Shown here: in pieces, positions 1-11,067 of the stretch
Position numbering within the stretch: position 1 is the first letter of the stretch
Layout: each line of letters opens with the position of its first letter
Origin: an uncultured bacterium
GTDB lineage: Bacteria > Desulfobacterota_D > UBA1144 > Nemesobacterales > UBA2774
Direction of reading: 5' to 3'
Assembly: GCA_963705505.1 (NCBI GenBank)
Contig: CAVPJU010000008.1
Location: 1 to 64,000 of the forward strand
Length of the DNA stretch: 64,000 nucleotides
Position numbers and translations under genes: made by a program
Notes under the pieces: model-generated
Told to the model about the DNA's origin: nothing
Database searches by the model: none
Seen by the model: only the letters and a program-made list of their open reading frames with translations

Positions 1-144
1 AGAATGCTTATGCGATACAGCCATACCCGTGAAGAAGCCAAAAAAGCAGCAATAGATAAGCTAGGAATCAGGCTAGAACTACATAATATAGACACCTATT
101 TGGACACCAAGTCCAATGAAGCCCTAGCGGACAGAAACAAATAA
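1..144 (+). mobile_element. C-terminal end of tyrosine recombinase/phage-type integrase (partial, continues left of window)
   Basis: Frame 1 reads RMLMRYSHTREEAKKAAIDKL...NK*, resembling the integrase box II catalytic-Tyr tail (MTxRYxH...K..A..KL). The stop lies about 35 bp from the 3' end of tRNA-Asp. Confidence 0.75.
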
Positions 145-178
145 TTCATCTAACCAATTGTGAATATAGAATAAGAAC

Positions 179-256
179 TGGCGGGGACGACGGGACTCGA
201 ACCCGCGACCTCTGGCTTGACAGGCCAGCGTTCTAACCGGACTGAACTACGTCCCC
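179..256 (-). tRNA. tRNA-Asp(GTC)
   Basis: Reverse complement GGGGACG...CTGTCAA anticodon loop...GGTTCGAGTCC...CGTCCCCGCCA. Confidence 0.96.
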
Positions 257-273
257 GCAAGTAATTTATGGAG

Positions 274-350
274 TGGTGGGCGGTAAAGGATTTGAACCTA
301 TGACATCCTGCTTGTAAGGCAGGCGCTCTCCCATGCTGAGCTAACCGCCC
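274..350 (-). tRNA. tRNA-Val(TAC)
   Basis: Reverse complement GGGCGGTTAGCTCAG...CTTACAA...GGTTCAAATCC...ACCGCCCACCA. Confidence 0.95.
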
Positions 351-629
351 ACTCCGAATTTGAGTATTTCAGGTTTTATAAGGTTTCCGCACAAACGACC
401 CGCGGTAACCGCATCATCTCCCTCCCCTAACCGAAGGAAACGACTCCAAACATAAAAGACACTATGTGTCCGGACACCCGTAAGGGGAAAATATATAACT
501 GAATTTTACGCATTTGTCCACACACGCACATAGTGCGTTCTACTATTTCTACCATACTCCTCTGCCCTCCCAACATGTCATCCATCTCCAACCACAGTGG
601 TGAATTCCAGCCGCGATACTTTCCCGGTT

Positions 630-722
630 CAAATCCCCCTGAATCCCCCTTTACAAAAGGGGGAAAATGATTTGTATTGCCATTAATTCCCTCCTTTTGT
701 AAAGGAGGGTTAGGGTGGATTT
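630..722. repeat. Inverted pair of REP-like palindromes (AAATCC(C/A)CC...CCTTTACAAAAGG family)
   Basis: AAATCCCCCTGAATCCCCCTTTACAAAAGGGGG faces CCCTCCTTTTGTAAAGGAGGGTTAGGGTGGATTT. A related copy is at 47631-47665. Confidence 0.7.
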
Positions 723-795
723 TCCCTTCAGGTATAAAGAAAGAAAATGAGCGGCCTCCCTTATCGTACGCTTTCATCCGCCAGCTGAAAAGGAC

Positions 796-828
796 AAAAA
801 AAAGGGGCGGCTTTATCAAACCGCCCCT
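796..828 (-). terminator. Rho-independent terminator downstream of lon
   Basis: On the minus strand, AGGGGCGG-loop-CCGCCCCT is followed by a T-run. Confidence 0.8.
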
Positions 829-857
829 CATTATATTCTGGTTTACGTTTTTAAAGT

Positions 858-3287
858 TTAGTTTACGTTCGTCCCGAGCTCATCGCCCATCGGCAATGCG
901 GCCGGAGGTATGACCACGTTCTTGAGCACGGGCTCGTCGGATTCGATCGCCGCTTCAAGCACCTCGTCCATATGGTCGACGAGCATGATCTTTATATCCT
1001 TCAGGATGTTCTCGCGTATGTCCTTAATGTCCTTTTCGTTCTCCTGCGGGATAATCACGGTCTTCACCTTGCCCCTGTGAGCCGCAAGGATCTTCTCCTT
1101 GAGGCCGCCTATCGGGAGCACCCTTCCTCTGAGCGTTATCTCCCCTGTCATAGCGACGTCGTTCTTAACCGGCCTCTTTATGAGCGCAGACACGATCGCG
1201 GTAGCGATCGCTATGCCCGCCGAAGGCCCGTCCTTTGGAGTCGCTCCCTCGGGAACGTGGATGTGTACGTCCACCTTCTGATGGAAGTTACGCTCGAGCC
1301 CGAGCCTCTCGGCCCTCGACCTCACGTAGCTCATTGCGGCCTGCGTCGATTCCTGCATAACCTCTCCGAGCTTACCGGTAACGGTGAAGTTCCCCTTTCC
1401 CGGCACTACGGATACCTCTATCGTGAGGAGCTCTCCGCCCACTTCCGTCCAGGCGAGTCCGGTGGACATGCCGACCTGCGGCTTCTCCTCGATCTCCCCG
1501 TACTTGAACTTCGGAATGCCAAGGTACTTCTGACTCGTTATCAGGTTCGGGGTAACCTTTACTACATGCTCGGCACCCTTCTTTACGATGTCCCTCGCTG
1601 CTTTCCTGCAGAGAGAGGCTATCTCCCTTTCGAGCGTCCTCACTCCGGCTTCCCTCGTGAAGCGCCTTATAATAGTCAGTATGGCATGGTCCGATATCTT
1701 TAGGTTTTCTTCCTTTAACCCGTGCGCCTCGAGCTGCTTCGGGACGAGGAACTTCTTCGCGATCTCTAGCTTTTCGTCTTCCGTGTAGCCCGATATGCGG
1801 ATGATCTCCATCCTGTCCTGGAGCGCCCACGGTATCGTGTGCAGAATGTTCGCAGTCGTGATGAACATCACGTTCGAGAGGTCATAATCGATCTCGATGT
1901 AATGGTCGTTGAATGCATTGTTCTGCTCCGGGTCGAGCGCCTCTAGGAGCGCTGACGCCGGGTCGCCTCTGAAGTCCATTCCCAGCTTGTCTATTTCATC
2001 GAGCAGGAATACCGGATTTGTCGTCCCCGCCTTTCTTACTCCCTGTATTATTTTCCCGGGCAGAGCGCCGATATAGGTACGCCTGTGTCCCCTGATCTCG
2101 GCTTCGTCCCTTACGCCGCCCAACGATACCCTTACGAATTTCCTTCCCATCGAGCGGGCGATAGACTTCGCAAGCGATGTCTTTCCCACTCCGGGCGGTC
2201 CGACGAAGCAAAGAATCGGCCCCTTTATCTTTTTCGTAAGAGCCTGTACGGCCAGGTATTCGAGGATCCTCTCCTTCGGTTTTTCGAGACCGAAATGGTC
2301 TTCTTCCAGTATTTTCTGGGCTTCGTCGATGTCGATCCTGTCGTCCGTCTTTTCCTCACCCCACGGCAGTGAAAGGAGCCAGTCTATGTAGTTCCTCACC
2401 ACGGTGGCTTCGGCCGACATGGGTGACATCTGTTTCAGCTTCTTTATCTCTTTTTTTACCTTCTGCTCGGCCTCTTCGGGCATGGTCTTCTTCTTGAGCC
2501 TGTCCTCGAATTCCTGTATCTCGGACTTGAGGTCGTCCTTTTCGCCGAGCTCTTTCTGTATGGCCCTCATCTGCTCCGTAAGGTAGTACTCCTTCTGGGC
2601 CTTCTCCATCTGCTTCTTGACCCTCGACCTTATCTTCTTTTCGATCTGCAGTATCTCTACTTCGGCCTGTATCTTCTCATAGAGCTTCTCAAGCCTCTCT
2701 GCGGGGTCGAGCGTTTCCAATATCTCCTGCTTGTCCTCGAGCTTAAAGCCCAGGTGCGAGGAAATAGTGTCCGAAAGCCTCCCGGCGTCCTCTATCGAGG
2801 AGACCGTGACCAGCACCTCGGACGGTATCTTTTTATTCAGCTTCACGTAATTTTCAAAAGCGGTGACGAGCGTCCTTATCAGGGCTTCCGTCTCTACGCC
2901 CACTTCCTGCGGTTCGGGTATGACCTCGACCTCGACCAGGAAGTAGCCTTTATTCGGAAGGTAATTAAGCACCTTCGCCCTTTTCTTCCCCTCCACGAGC
3001 ACCTTGACCGTCCCGTCAGGGAGCCTCAGCATCTGAACGATCGTCCCGATCGTCCCTATGTCGTAGATGTCCGTCTCCTGGGGGTCGTTCGTCTTCGCGT
3101 CCCTCTGCGCGACGAGGAATATCTCTTTGGATTTCTTCATCGCCTCTTCGAGCGCGCGTATCGACTTCTCGCGCCCTACGAACAGCGGCGCGACCATGTA
3201 CGGAAATATAACTACATCTCTTAATGGTAATAACGGTATTGTTTCCATTTGCCCCTTTCCCTCTTCGTGTTTGAAAAACATCGGCAT
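858..3287 (-). CDS. lon: ATP-dependent protease La
   Basis: PLLPLRD N-terminus, GPPGVGKTS Walker A, PKDGPSAG catalytic Ser motif. Confidence 0.98.
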   Translation of the reverse strand: MPMFFKHEEGKGQMETIPLLPLRDVVIFPYMVAPLFVGREKSIRALEEAMKKSKEIFLVAQRDAKTNDPQETDIYDIGTIGTIVQMLRLPDGTVKVLVEGKKRAKVLNYLPNKGYFLVEVEVIPEPQEVGVETEALIRTLVTAFENYVKLNKKIPSEVLVTVSSIEDAGRLSDTISSHLGFKLEDKQEILETLDPAERLEKLYEKIQAEVEILQIEKKIRSRVKKQMEKAQKEYYLTEQMRAIQKELGEKDDLKSEIQEFEDRLKKKTMPEEAEQKVKKEIKKLKQMSPMSAEATVVRNYIDWLLSLPWGEEKTDDRIDIDEAQKILEEDHFGLEKPKERILEYLAVQALTKKIKGPILCFVGPPGVGKTSLAKSIARSMGRKFVRVSLGGVRDEAEIRGHRRTYIGALPGKIIQGVRKAGTTNPVFLLDEIDKLGMDFRGDPASALLEALDPEQNNAFNDHYIEIDYDLSNVMFITTANILHTIPWALQDRMEIIRISGYTEDEKLEIAKKFLVPKQLEAHGLKEENLKISDHAILTIIRRFTREAGVRTLEREIASLCRKAARDIVKKGAEHVVKVTPNLITSQKYLGIPKFKYGEIEEKPQVGMSTGLAWTEVGGELLTIEVSVVPGKGNFTVTGKLGEVMQESTQAAMSYVRSRAERLGLERNFHQKVDVHIHVPEGATPKDGPSAGIAIATAIVSALIKRPVKNDVAMTGEITLRGRVLPIGGLKEKILAAHRGKVKTVIIPQENEKDIKDIRENILKDIKIMLVDHMDEVLEAAIESDEPVLKNVVIPPAALPMGDELGTNVN

Positions 3288-3318
3288 GGCTTGTCTCCTT
3301 AACTCCCGGATTCACATC

Positions 3319-4596
3319 CTACGTTCCCAGGCGGGCCTCCTCTTCGTATATGAAGAGAGGGTCGCCCTTCCCGTTAATTACGTCCTCCGTGATAACACAA
3401 CGCCTAAGCCCTTTAAGCGACGGAACTTCGTAAGATATGTCGAGCATTACGGTCTCGATAATCGCTCTCAGTCCTCTCGCGCCCGTTTTCCTTGAAATAG
3501 CCTGGCGGGCGATAGCGGCGAGTGCGCCGTCCGTAACCTCGAGCTCGACACCTTCGAGCTCCATCAGCTTCTGAAACTGCTTTATAATCGCATTCTTCGG
3601 TTTGGTGAGAATCTCCACAAACGACTCTTCGCTGAGTTCTTCGAGTGTGGCCACGACCGGTATCCTGCCTACGAATTCGGGTATGAGCCCGAACTGTATC
3701 TGGTCTTCGGGCTGCACCTCTTTTAAAAGTGCTCCCAGGTCCTTCTCGTTTTTCCTTCCGAGATTCGCCTCGAAACCGATCGACTTCTCTCCTATTCTTT
3801 GTTTCACTATATCTTCGAGCCCGCAAAAAGCCCCGCCGCAGATAAACAGTATGTTCGTCGTATCCACCTGCAGGAACTCCTGCTGCGGGTGTTTCCTGCC
3901 GCCCTTGGGCGGCACGTTCGCTTTAGTCCCTTCCATAATCTTGAGAAGGGCCTGCTGCACACCCTCGCCGGAAACGTCCCTCGTTATAGACGGGCTGTCC
4001 CCGGTCTTCCTCGCGAGCTTGTCTATCTCATCAATATATATAATACCCTTTGAAGCCCTTTCAAGATCATAATCTGCAGCCTGGAGCAAACTCACAATCA
4101 TGTTCTCCACGTCCTCTCCGACGTAGCCCGCCTCGGTGTAGCATGTGGCGTCCACAATCGTGAACGGAACGTCTAGGAGCCTTGCGAGGGTCTGCGCTAA
4201 AAGCGTCTTGCCGCTCCCCGTGGGCCCTATCATTAAAATGTTGCTCTTCTGCACCTCGATGTCGGAATTCCTCTTTCCGCCGTTGTAGGCGTTAAGCTCC
4301 ACTCTCTTGTAATGGTTATAGACTGCAACCGACAGTATCTTTTTAGCCCTTACCTGCCCGATCACGTATTCGTCGAGGAATTTCTTTATCTGTGACGGTG
4401 TGGGTAAGGCGGTATATCTTTTCTTGAGAACGCCCTCTTTGGCGTCTTCGTCCGCAATTATCTCGTTGCAGAGCTCTATACACTCGTTGCAGATATATAC
4501 GGTAGGTCCCGCAATGAGTTTCCTTACTTCCTTCTGGCTCTTCCCGCAGAAAGAGCAGTACAGTTTTCCTTCTTTGGCATCGCGTCTCGAAGTCAC
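3319..4596 (-). CDS. clpX: ATP-dependent Clp protease ATP-binding subunit ClpX
   Basis: CSFCGK...CNEC zinc-binding domain, [25 protein letters not shown] loop. Confidence 0.98.
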   Translation of the reverse strand: MTSRRDAKEGKLYCSFCGKSQKEVRKLIAGPTVYICNECIELCNEIIADEDAKEGVLKKRYTALPTPSQIKKFLDEYVIGQVRAKKILSVAVYNHYKRVELNAYNGGKRNSDIEVQKSNILMIGPTGSGKTLLAQTLARLLDVPFTIVDATCYTEAGYVGEDVENMIVSLLQAADYDLERASKGIIYIDEIDKLARKTGDSPSITRDVSGEGVQQALLKIMEGTKANVPPKGGRKHPQQEFLQVDTTNILFICGGAFCGLEDIVKQRIGEKSIGFEANLGRKNEKDLGALLKEVQPEDQIQFGLIPEFVGRIPVVATLEELSEESFVEILTKPKNAIIKQFQKLMELEGVELEVTDGALAAIARQAISRKTGARGLRAIIETVMLDISYEVPSLKGLRRCVITEDVINGKGDPLFIYEEEARLGT

Positions 4597-5192
4597 TTCG
4601 GCGCCTCCTCTCTCTTAGAAATTATAGCATCAACGATACCGTATTCTAAGGCGTCATTTGGCTTAAGGAAGAAATCCCTCTCCGTGTCCTTTGATATCCT
4701 GTCGATAGGCTGATTTGTATGCTTCGCCAGAATACGGTTCAGCTCCTCTCGGATCCTCAGTATTTCCTTTGCGTGTATCTCTATGTCCGTCGCCTGCCCC
4801 TCGATGCCCCCTAATACCTGATGAAGCATTACACGCGCATGAGGGAGCGCGTACCTCTTCCCCTTGGCTCCCGCTGCGAGGAGCACAGCCGCCATACTGG
4901 CCGCCTGCCCCAGGCACATCGTGGCCACGTCGGGCTTTATGTACTGCATCGTATCGTAGATCGCCAGCCCCGACGTAACGTTTCCCCCGGGGGAATTCAC
5001 ATAGACGAAGATGTCCTTTTCCGGGTTCTCCGACTCGAGAAATAACAGCTGCGCGATCACCGTGTCTGCGACGGCGTCGTTGATCGGGGACCCGATGAAA
5101 ACTATCCTGTCCCTGAGTAAACGGGAAAAAATATCATATGCCCTCTCGCCCCTGCTGGTCTGTTCAATTACAATAGGCACATAGCTGGACAT
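4593..5192 (-). CDS. clpP: ATP-dependent Clp protease proteolytic subunit
   Basis: [23 protein letters not shown] motifs; sits between tig and clpX. Confidence 0.98.
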   Translation of the reverse strand: MSSYVPIVIEQTSRGERAYDIFSRLLRDRIVFIGSPINDAVADTVIAQLLFLESENPEKDIFVYVNSPGGNVTSGLAIYDTMQYIKPDVATMCLGQAASMAAVLLAAGAKGKRYALPHARVMLHQVLGGIEGQATDIEIHAKEILRIREELNRILAKHTNQPIDRISKDTERDFFLKPNDALEYGIVDAIISKREEAPK

Positions 5193-6520
5193 TATCTTTG
5201 AGTATACTGATTCTCCTCTTTAATGTCAACGAGATTTGGCTCCGCCGGAACCTCCTCGATCGCTGCGTTTTCTATAATGAAATCAATGACTTTTTGCTCG
5301 GCGAGGCTCGCTTCGAGACCGTCGAGCAGGTTGTTCTCGCGGTAAATCCCGCGCACCTGTTCGGTGGGCATGTTATAGGTGGCCGCGATGCCCGAAAGGC
5401 TCTTGTCTATGTCCTCGTCCGTGACCTTTATGTCCTCTTTTTTCGCGATCTCGGCGAGTATGATTGAGGTCTTCACGTTCCTGAGCGCGCGGTCGGCGAG
5501 AGCGGCCTTCGACGCATCGTCGAGCGTTTGAATATTGAGCCCGCGCTGGCGGAGGCTCTGGATCGTGTTGCGTGCGAGCCTCGCGACCTCTTCATGAACG
5601 AGACTCGGGGGGGCGTCGACCGTGTTTCTGTCCACGAGCGCATCGACGACCTGCTGTCTCATCTTGCCCTCCGACTGCTGCTCCGTCTGCTTTTTCAAAT
5701 CCTCTTTTATCTGTTCTTTAAGCGACGCGACGTCTTCCTTTCCGAGCTCCTTGGCGAGCTCGTCATTGAGCTCGGGCAGGGTCTTCTTAAGGACGTCCTT
5801 CACGCTGAATTTATAACGGACCGCCTTCCCCGCGGCTTCCTTTATCTGAAAATCCTCTCCGTAGGTGACGTCGAACTCTTTCGTCTCACCCTTTTTCATC
5901 CCTATTACGTTCTCCTCGAACTCGGGGATGAGCCTGTCATGGCCCACGAGGAACTGGAGCCCGGACCTCTTCAGATCCTTGACCTGCACACCGTCGAGAG
6001 AGCCCTCGAAGTCAACGATGGCGACGTCTCCCTTCTCTACTGCTTTCTCCTCTTCATACGGTTTTACCTCCGCCCTGTGCTCGATCAGGTGCTCTAACGT
6101 GTGCTCGACGTCCTCGTCCTTCACCTCGTGCACCTCTTTTTTGAGGGGGAGCCCCTTGTATTCAGCCAATTCGAACACGGGGAGCACTTCGAACACGGCC
6201 GAGTAATGGAAATCCTTGTCGGTCTCGAATACGTCCGGAGGGTTGATCTGGGGCCTGCTTATGGGATGCGCGGATACCTCCTTAAGAGCTTCCTCGAGTG
6301 AGCCCGTGACGAGCCTCGTCGCGGTCTCGCCCAGAATCTCTTTTCTGTACACCGATTCGACCACGCTCGCGGGCGCCTTGCCCGGGCGGAACCCCTTTAT
6401 CTTCGCGCTCTTCCTTATCTCGCCGAAGACCTCGTCCCGCTTCTCCTTCACCACTTCCACGGGAATAACGACGTCGACCTTCCTCTCCGTACCGCTCAAA
6501 TTCTCAATGTTCACCTTCAT
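5192..6520 (-). CDS. tig: Trigger factor
   Basis: GFRPGKAP ribosome-binding signature, FKBP-like middle domain, synteny. Confidence 0.96.
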   Translation of the reverse strand: MKVNIENLSGTERKVDVVIPVEVVKEKRDEVFGEIRKSAKIKGFRPGKAPASVVESVYRKEILGETATRLVTGSLEEALKEVSAHPISRPQINPPDVFETDKDFHYSAVFEVLPVFELAEYKGLPLKKEVHEVKDEDVEHTLEHLIEHRAEVKPYEEEKAVEKGDVAIVDFEGSLDGVQVKDLKRSGLQFLVGHDRLIPEFEENVIGMKKGETKEFDVTYGEDFQIKEAAGKAVRYKFSVKDVLKKTLPELNDELAKELGKEDVASLKEQIKEDLKKQTEQQSEGKMRQQVVDALVDRNTVDAPPSLVHEEVARLARNTIQSLRQRGLNIQTLDDASKAALADRALRNVKTSIILAEIAKKEDIKVTDEDIDKSLSGIAATYNMPTEQVRGIYRENNLLDGLEASLAEQKVIDFIIENAAIEEVPAEPNLVDIKEENQYTQR

Positions 6521-6818
6521 ATATCACTACCTCTCAATCTGTCAGATAATTTATACAATATTGATAAGCCCTTAACTACCACATAAAAAGTTTGTAATTA
6601 TACATGACATTATGAATTATGAACAATTTGTTAATTGGAATAGTTATGATGCGGGATCGAGGCAATTCGATTCGCGGCGAGCGAGTAATCATTCCCTCTT
6701 CAGGGGGAAGGTCAGGATGGGATTATCAAACCCGTCCGTCCTGAGGCGCAGAATCTGCGCACATATACGACACATACCAAACTCATTCATCCCGGCCAGC
6801 AGCTGAAGCTAAGCCGCC

Positions 6819-7928
6819 CTACCCCGGCTGCCCGAGGAGCCTGAGCCAGTTGTAGTGTGAGCGGAGTCCCGAGAAAAAGCTCCTGTATGCGTTATAGGTG
6901 ACGCTGTATTCCCTGCACGTCTCCTCGACTATGCGGGAGAGGGCGGGATAGTTGATGTGGCAAATCTGCGGGAACAGGTGATGCTCCACCTGGAAATTGA
7001 GCCCCCCCAGGTACCAGGTGAGGAAATCGTTATTCTTATCGAAATCCGTGGTGGTGCTCAGCTGATGCACCATCCAGCTCGTATCCATCTGTTGCGAATC
7101 CCCCGACTGCACGGGGAACCCGGCATCCTCGTTGCAGTGGGCAAGCTGGAATACGACCGACATGATGAGCCCCTGGAGGAACGCGACGAGCATATATAAT
7201 GCCATAACATAGACGACAGGATAAAAGAAACAGGGGATTACAAAAGCCATAGTCAGGAAGAAGAGCTTCCCTCCGAAAAATACGACGGCGTTCCATCCCC
7301 CGGGGCGGTCTATCTCGTGCCCGTTTATCCGTTTTGTGAAGAACGTCTGGAAGTCGTCCACCAGATGCCACTTGATCGCCAGGAATCCGTAAAGGAACCA
7401 GATATAGATGTGCTGATACCTGTGGAAGAAATACCTTTTATGGTGAGGGCTTAAACGGGCGAATATGCCCGCCTCGATGTCGTCGTCGTGCCCCGCGATA
7501 TTGGGATACGAATGATGGAAATAGTTATGCTTTTTATACCAGAAATATGAACTCCCCCCGATGAGATCGAGGAAGTGTCCCATCAGCTTATTGACCCACG
7601 GACGCTCGGAATAGGCCCCGTGAAGGGCGTCGTGCATCACGTTGAACGAGAGCGCGTTCAGCGACACGCCGAGGGACACGGCCGCCAGTAAAACCCCCCA
7701 GACCGGAAGCCCCGCAAATACCAGGAGAGAATAAGATGCCGCTACCCAGGCGACGGCGATAAAGGTCTTTATATACATCAGTCCGCTGTCCTTCTTGGAA
7801 AGGGAGTTTTCCTCGAAGTACATGGATACCCTTTTCTTGAGCTCCTTTTCGAACTCCGTGTTCGGCGCGAAGCGTATCTTGCTGTTCGCGCGGTCGTTAT
7901 TTCCTATCGAGGCGTTTTGAGTTGTCAT
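6819..7928 (-). CDS. Membrane fatty acid (acyl-CoA) desaturase, DesA3-like
   Basis: His boxes HDALH, HNYFHH and QVEHHLFP, plus hydrophobic TM segments. Confidence 0.9.
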   Translation of the reverse strand: MTTQNASIGNNDRANSKIRFAPNTEFEKELKKRVSMYFEENSLSKKDSGLMYIKTFIAVAWVAASYSLLVFAGLPVWGVLLAAVSLGVSLNALSFNVMHDALHGAYSERPWVNKLMGHFLDLIGGSSYFWYKKHNYFHHSYPNIAGHDDDIEAGIFARLSPHHKRYFFHRYQHIYIWFLYGFLAIKWHLVDDFQTFFTKRINGHEIDRPGGWNAVVFFGGKLFFLTMAFVIPCFFYPVVYVMALYMLVAFLQGLIMSVVFQLAHCNEDAGFPVQSGDSQQMDTSWMVHQLSTTTDFDKNNDFLTWYLGGLNFQVEHHLFPQICHINYPALSRIVEETCREYSVTYNAYRSFFSGLRSHYNWLRLLGQPG

Positions 7929-8357
7929 GGCTTTATGTGATCGGTCTTGGCCGGAAGCTGTTTTATCGATTCTTTCGAAGCCGGGAACGCTTAAATCGGT
8001 TTGTTATTGGCTTCCAATTTACAGCGCATTCGGTACTTCAAATACGGCAATCGACCGGACCTGATGAATACCCCTTTTCGAACCCTGCAATTTAATCGCT
8101 CTCGAGCCTGTTTCTGATCGAATAGATCCGGAAGACTAGTTGAAGGGTAAATTTATTTGAGCAACATTATAACACTTTAATTCACGAGTACAATGCAGCT
8201 TTAGGTCTGATATGAAGTTTCGGTTTAATCAGTTAATACATAAAGAGACGGCGGGGTGAAGTCCGTCCGTCCGGACATCCTTTCATTTTCCCCCCTTAGA
8301 AAAAGGGGAACTATTCTTAAACGAGCGAAGAACGGAGTTAAGTGCCGTAGTGATTAT

Positions 8358-8442
8358 TGGTGCGAGAGGGGGGGGTCGAACCCCCACACCGCTAGGTACA
8401 GGATCCTAAATCCTGCGCGTCTGCCAGTTCCGCCACTCTCGC
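8358..8442 (-). tRNA. tRNA-Leu(TAG)
   Basis: Reverse complement GCGAGAGTGGCGGAACTGGCAGACGCG CAGGA-TTTAGGA-TCCTG, long variable arm, CCA end. Confidence 0.95.
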
Positions 8443-8445
8443 ATG

Positions 8446-8522
8446 TGGTGGGCTGTGAGGGAATCGAACCCACGACCCGATGATTAAGAGTCATCTGCTC
8501 TGCCAAACTGAGCTAACAGCCC
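8446..8522 (-). tRNA. tRNA-Lys(CTT)
   Basis: Reverse complement GGGCTGTTAGCTCAG...GATGA-CTCTTAA-TCATC...GGTTCGATTCC...CAGCCCACCA. Confidence 0.95.
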
Positions 8523-8767
8523 ACATGACGGTAACGCGTACTTAGAATACCTTAAATCAGAATTAATTTGGAGTAAACCGGCAACCGGCCGGCCTTCTTA
8601 AAATTTCCAGAAAGGTTTTATTATAATGACCCTGTTCCTAAAATCAACGTCTGTAGTTTTGTATTTATTGATTGCGCGGTGAAGATCTCGGGCTTTCAGA
8701 CAAGAAATAATAACTCATATTGGCGAAGGCGTTGGAGATGACGACTGTTCCTCCCGGCAATCCCCTA

Positions 8768-10447
8768 TTATCCCACGGTCTGCCGGGCTTCTAGGAGACG
8801 GTGAACCTCTTCCGGGGTTTCCGCGTCAATCACGTCTCTCAGCCACTGAGAGTCCTGGCACATTCGGGCCAGCTTCCCCAGGACATCGACATGGCTCGTC
8901 GGCTCCTCGGCAGGCGATAACATTAAAAACATGATCTTCGCAACCCGTCCCGTGTTCCTGTCACGGATCCCTGACTTTGCCACTCCGAGCGCTATCACCG
9001 GACGGCTTATCCCCTCGATACGGGCGTGAGGCATGAGAATTTCCTCCCCCACGAATGTGCCGCCCTGTTTCTCGCGCTCCATGAGACCCGCCCACGCTGA
9101 CTCTTTTATCTGATGGGAACCATTGGAGATGAGGTCGAGAATCTCCCACATCGCGTCTTCCTTGTCAATGGGCTTCTTCCACACAGCGACCTTGATGTCA
9201 GAGAGAGGGGTTTCGGGTCTGGCCGGAATGACCTCCTGATCCCACTCCGCTTCCTGAGGCTCTGGTGCCTGCGGTCTGTAAGTGCCGTCATCGCGTATCG
9301 CCCCCGTATCGATCACGACTATATTTATCCCCTCGCTCTGCGTTATCAGCCGCTCGACGATGCTCTTCTGCCCAATGAGTCTCCTCCAGAAGGGGTATTT
9401 CCCCCTTGTAGAGCCCACGACGATGTGCCCCACCCTGTATTCCTTAGCGAATTGCAGTATGGTCTTCACGACGTCATCGCCCTTGTATGTGAACACCGTG
9501 GCCCCCAGCTGCTGAGCGAGAGCAAGCGTATTCGAAAGGATACGCTGTGTCTCAGCGTCTATGACCGTCGGCTTTTCACCCGAGGTCTGGACATAGACCG
9601 CATACCAGTTCCGGTTGAGACGCCCTGCCAAACGAGATGTGTAACGTAGGAGCGCCTCGCTGTTCGGTCCTCTCGAGCTGAGACAGACCATCACCTGGTC
9701 CGGGTTCGATGGGGTCTCCCCTTCAGTGGATTCCCTTCTGCGGGAATCGATCTGCGCGGCGAGCTCTCTCAGCGTGAGCTCTCGGAGCTGCTCGAGGTTC
9801 GTCTGCCTGAAGAAATGCTCGAGCGCGGTGTCAATCCTCTCCTTCGTATACACCTTCCCTTCTTCAAGTCGCTGGCGGAGGTCCTCGGTCGTGACGTCCA
9901 CGTTCACGAGCTGGTCAGCCTCGGCGACGACTCGGTCCGGGATGCGCTCCCTGACCTTTACCCCTGTCGCGCGCTCTATCGTTTCATAGAGGCTTTCGAG
10001 GTGCTGTACGTTTAGCGTTGAGATGACGTGGATTCCTGCAGAGAGAATCTCCTCTACGTCCTGATAACGCTTGGCGTTCCTGCTCCCGGGGACGTTAGTG
10101 TGCGCGAGCTCGTCCACGAGCACGACTTCGGGGCGGCGGTCGAGAATCGCATCCAGGTCCATCTCACCGATATCTATTCCCCTGTAGGTCACATTTTTCC
10201 TGGGTATCACATCGAGGCCTTCAATCAGAGCCTCCGTCTCTTTCCGTCCGTGCGTCTCGACGAGTCCGATTATCACGTCTATACCGTCCTCTTTCAGGCG
10301 GCGGCCCTCGAGAAGCATCTCGTAGGTCTTACCAACACCCGCCGAGTAGCCGAGGTAAATTTTCAGCTTCCCGCGCTGAGACCTGCGTATCATTCGGAGG
10401 AAGCTGTCGGCGCGGTTACCGCTCACTCGATCGATCGATTCTCTCAT
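8768..10447 (-). CDS. kdpD: Kinase-less KdpD (KdpD N-terminal domain + Usp domain) fused to C-terminal PTS EIIA(Ntr/Fru)-like domain
   Basis: GKLKIYLGYSAGVGKTYEML and VDELAHTN KdpD motifs; Usp region VMVCLSS...HIVVG; C-terminal EREKQGGT...ILMPHAR EIIA motif; no TM, HisKA or HATPase. Confidence 0.88.
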   Translation of the reverse strand: MRESIDRVSGNRADSFLRMIRRSQRGKLKIYLGYSAGVGKTYEMLLEGRRLKEDGIDVIIGLVETHGRKETEALIEGLDVIPRKNVTYRGIDIGEMDLDAILDRRPEVVLVDELAHTNVPGSRNAKRYQDVEEILSAGIHVISTLNVQHLESLYETIERATGVKVRERIPDRVVAEADQLVNVDVTTEDLRQRLEEGKVYTKERIDTALEHFFRQTNLEQLRELTLRELAAQIDSRRRESTEGETPSNPDQVMVCLSSRGPNSEALLRYTSRLAGRLNRNWYAVYVQTSGEKPTVIDAETQRILSNTLALAQQLGATVFTYKGDDVVKTILQFAKEYRVGHIVVGSTRGKYPFWRRLIGQKSIVERLITQSEGINIVVIDTGAIRDDGTYRPQAPEPQEAEWDQEVIPARPETPLSDIKVAVWKKPIDKEDAMWEILDLISNGSHQIKESAWAGLMEREKQGGTFVGEEILMPHARIEGISRPVIALGVAKSGIRDRNTGRVAKIMFLMLSPAEEPTSHVDVLGKLARMCQDSQWLRDVIDAETPEEVHRLLEARQTVG

Positions 10448-10468
10448 AATTTTCTCTTTGCCGCACCG

Positions 10469-11056
10469 TCAATGAGCTGTCTTATCGAGCTCGATATTCA
10501 AGAGCAGCACGTTCACGAGCGGCTCGGGCGTGAGCACCCCGCCGGTCTTCAAGGTATGGTTTTCGATGATGCCCATTACTTCCTCTTCCGAGAGGCCGCG
10601 CGCCTTTGCCACCCTTTTCGCCTGATACCTCGCAGCTTCGAGAGTTATATGCGGGTCGAGCCCGCCGCCAGACGCCGTCACAAGGTCAGCCGGTATAGGG
10701 TTGTCCGCCGTAGTCCCCTCGAGACCGATTATCTCCAGAGCCCTCTCGCGGACCTTGGGATTGGTCGGTGAGAGGTTGCTTCCGCCTGCTCCCGCGGCGT
10801 TGTAATCTACCGCAGAAGGTCTCGGCCAGAAATACTCCGGTCGTGTAAACTTCTGAGCGATAAGCTCGCTCCCGATTATTTTACCCTGTGCGTCCGTTAT
10901 GAGCGAGCCTTCAGCCGTATGTGGGGTAAGGACCTGGCCGATTGCATAAATCAGAAGCGTGTACAGGGCACAGCACACAGCCATCGTGAAAATCACGACT
11001 CTGACCGACGTAACCAGCTGCCGAGCTATTCCGATATTTTCTTTATCTTCTTTCAT
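10469..11056 (-). CDS. kdpC: K+-transporting ATPase subunit C
   Basis: GSELIAQ, YFWPRPSA, DLVTASGGGLDPHI, VNVLLLN. Confidence 0.96.
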   Translation of the reverse strand: MKEDKENIGIARQLVTSVRVVIFTMAVCCALYTLLIYAIGQVLTPHTAEGSLITDAQGKIIGSELIAQKFTRPEYFWPRPSAVDYNAAGAGGSNLSPTNPKVRERALEIIGLEGTTADNPIPADLVTASGGGLDPHITLEAARYQAKRVAKARGLSEEEVMGIIENHTLKTGGVLTPEPLVNVLLLNIELDKTAH

Positions 11057-11067
11057 AATTGCGCCTC

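Noticed and set aside
427..831. 134-aa minus-strand ORF (and overlapping 677-913 plus-strand ORF)
   Set aside because: Reads through the lon terminator and REP palindromes (NPPLQKEG/PPFVKGDSGG are translations of the repeat); no family motif.
6641..6672. Possible degenerate tRNA-Leu 3'-end repeat (att) near tig
   Set aside because: TGATGCGGGATCGAGGCAATTCGA matches TGGTGCGAGAGGGGGGGGTCGAA too weakly to call.
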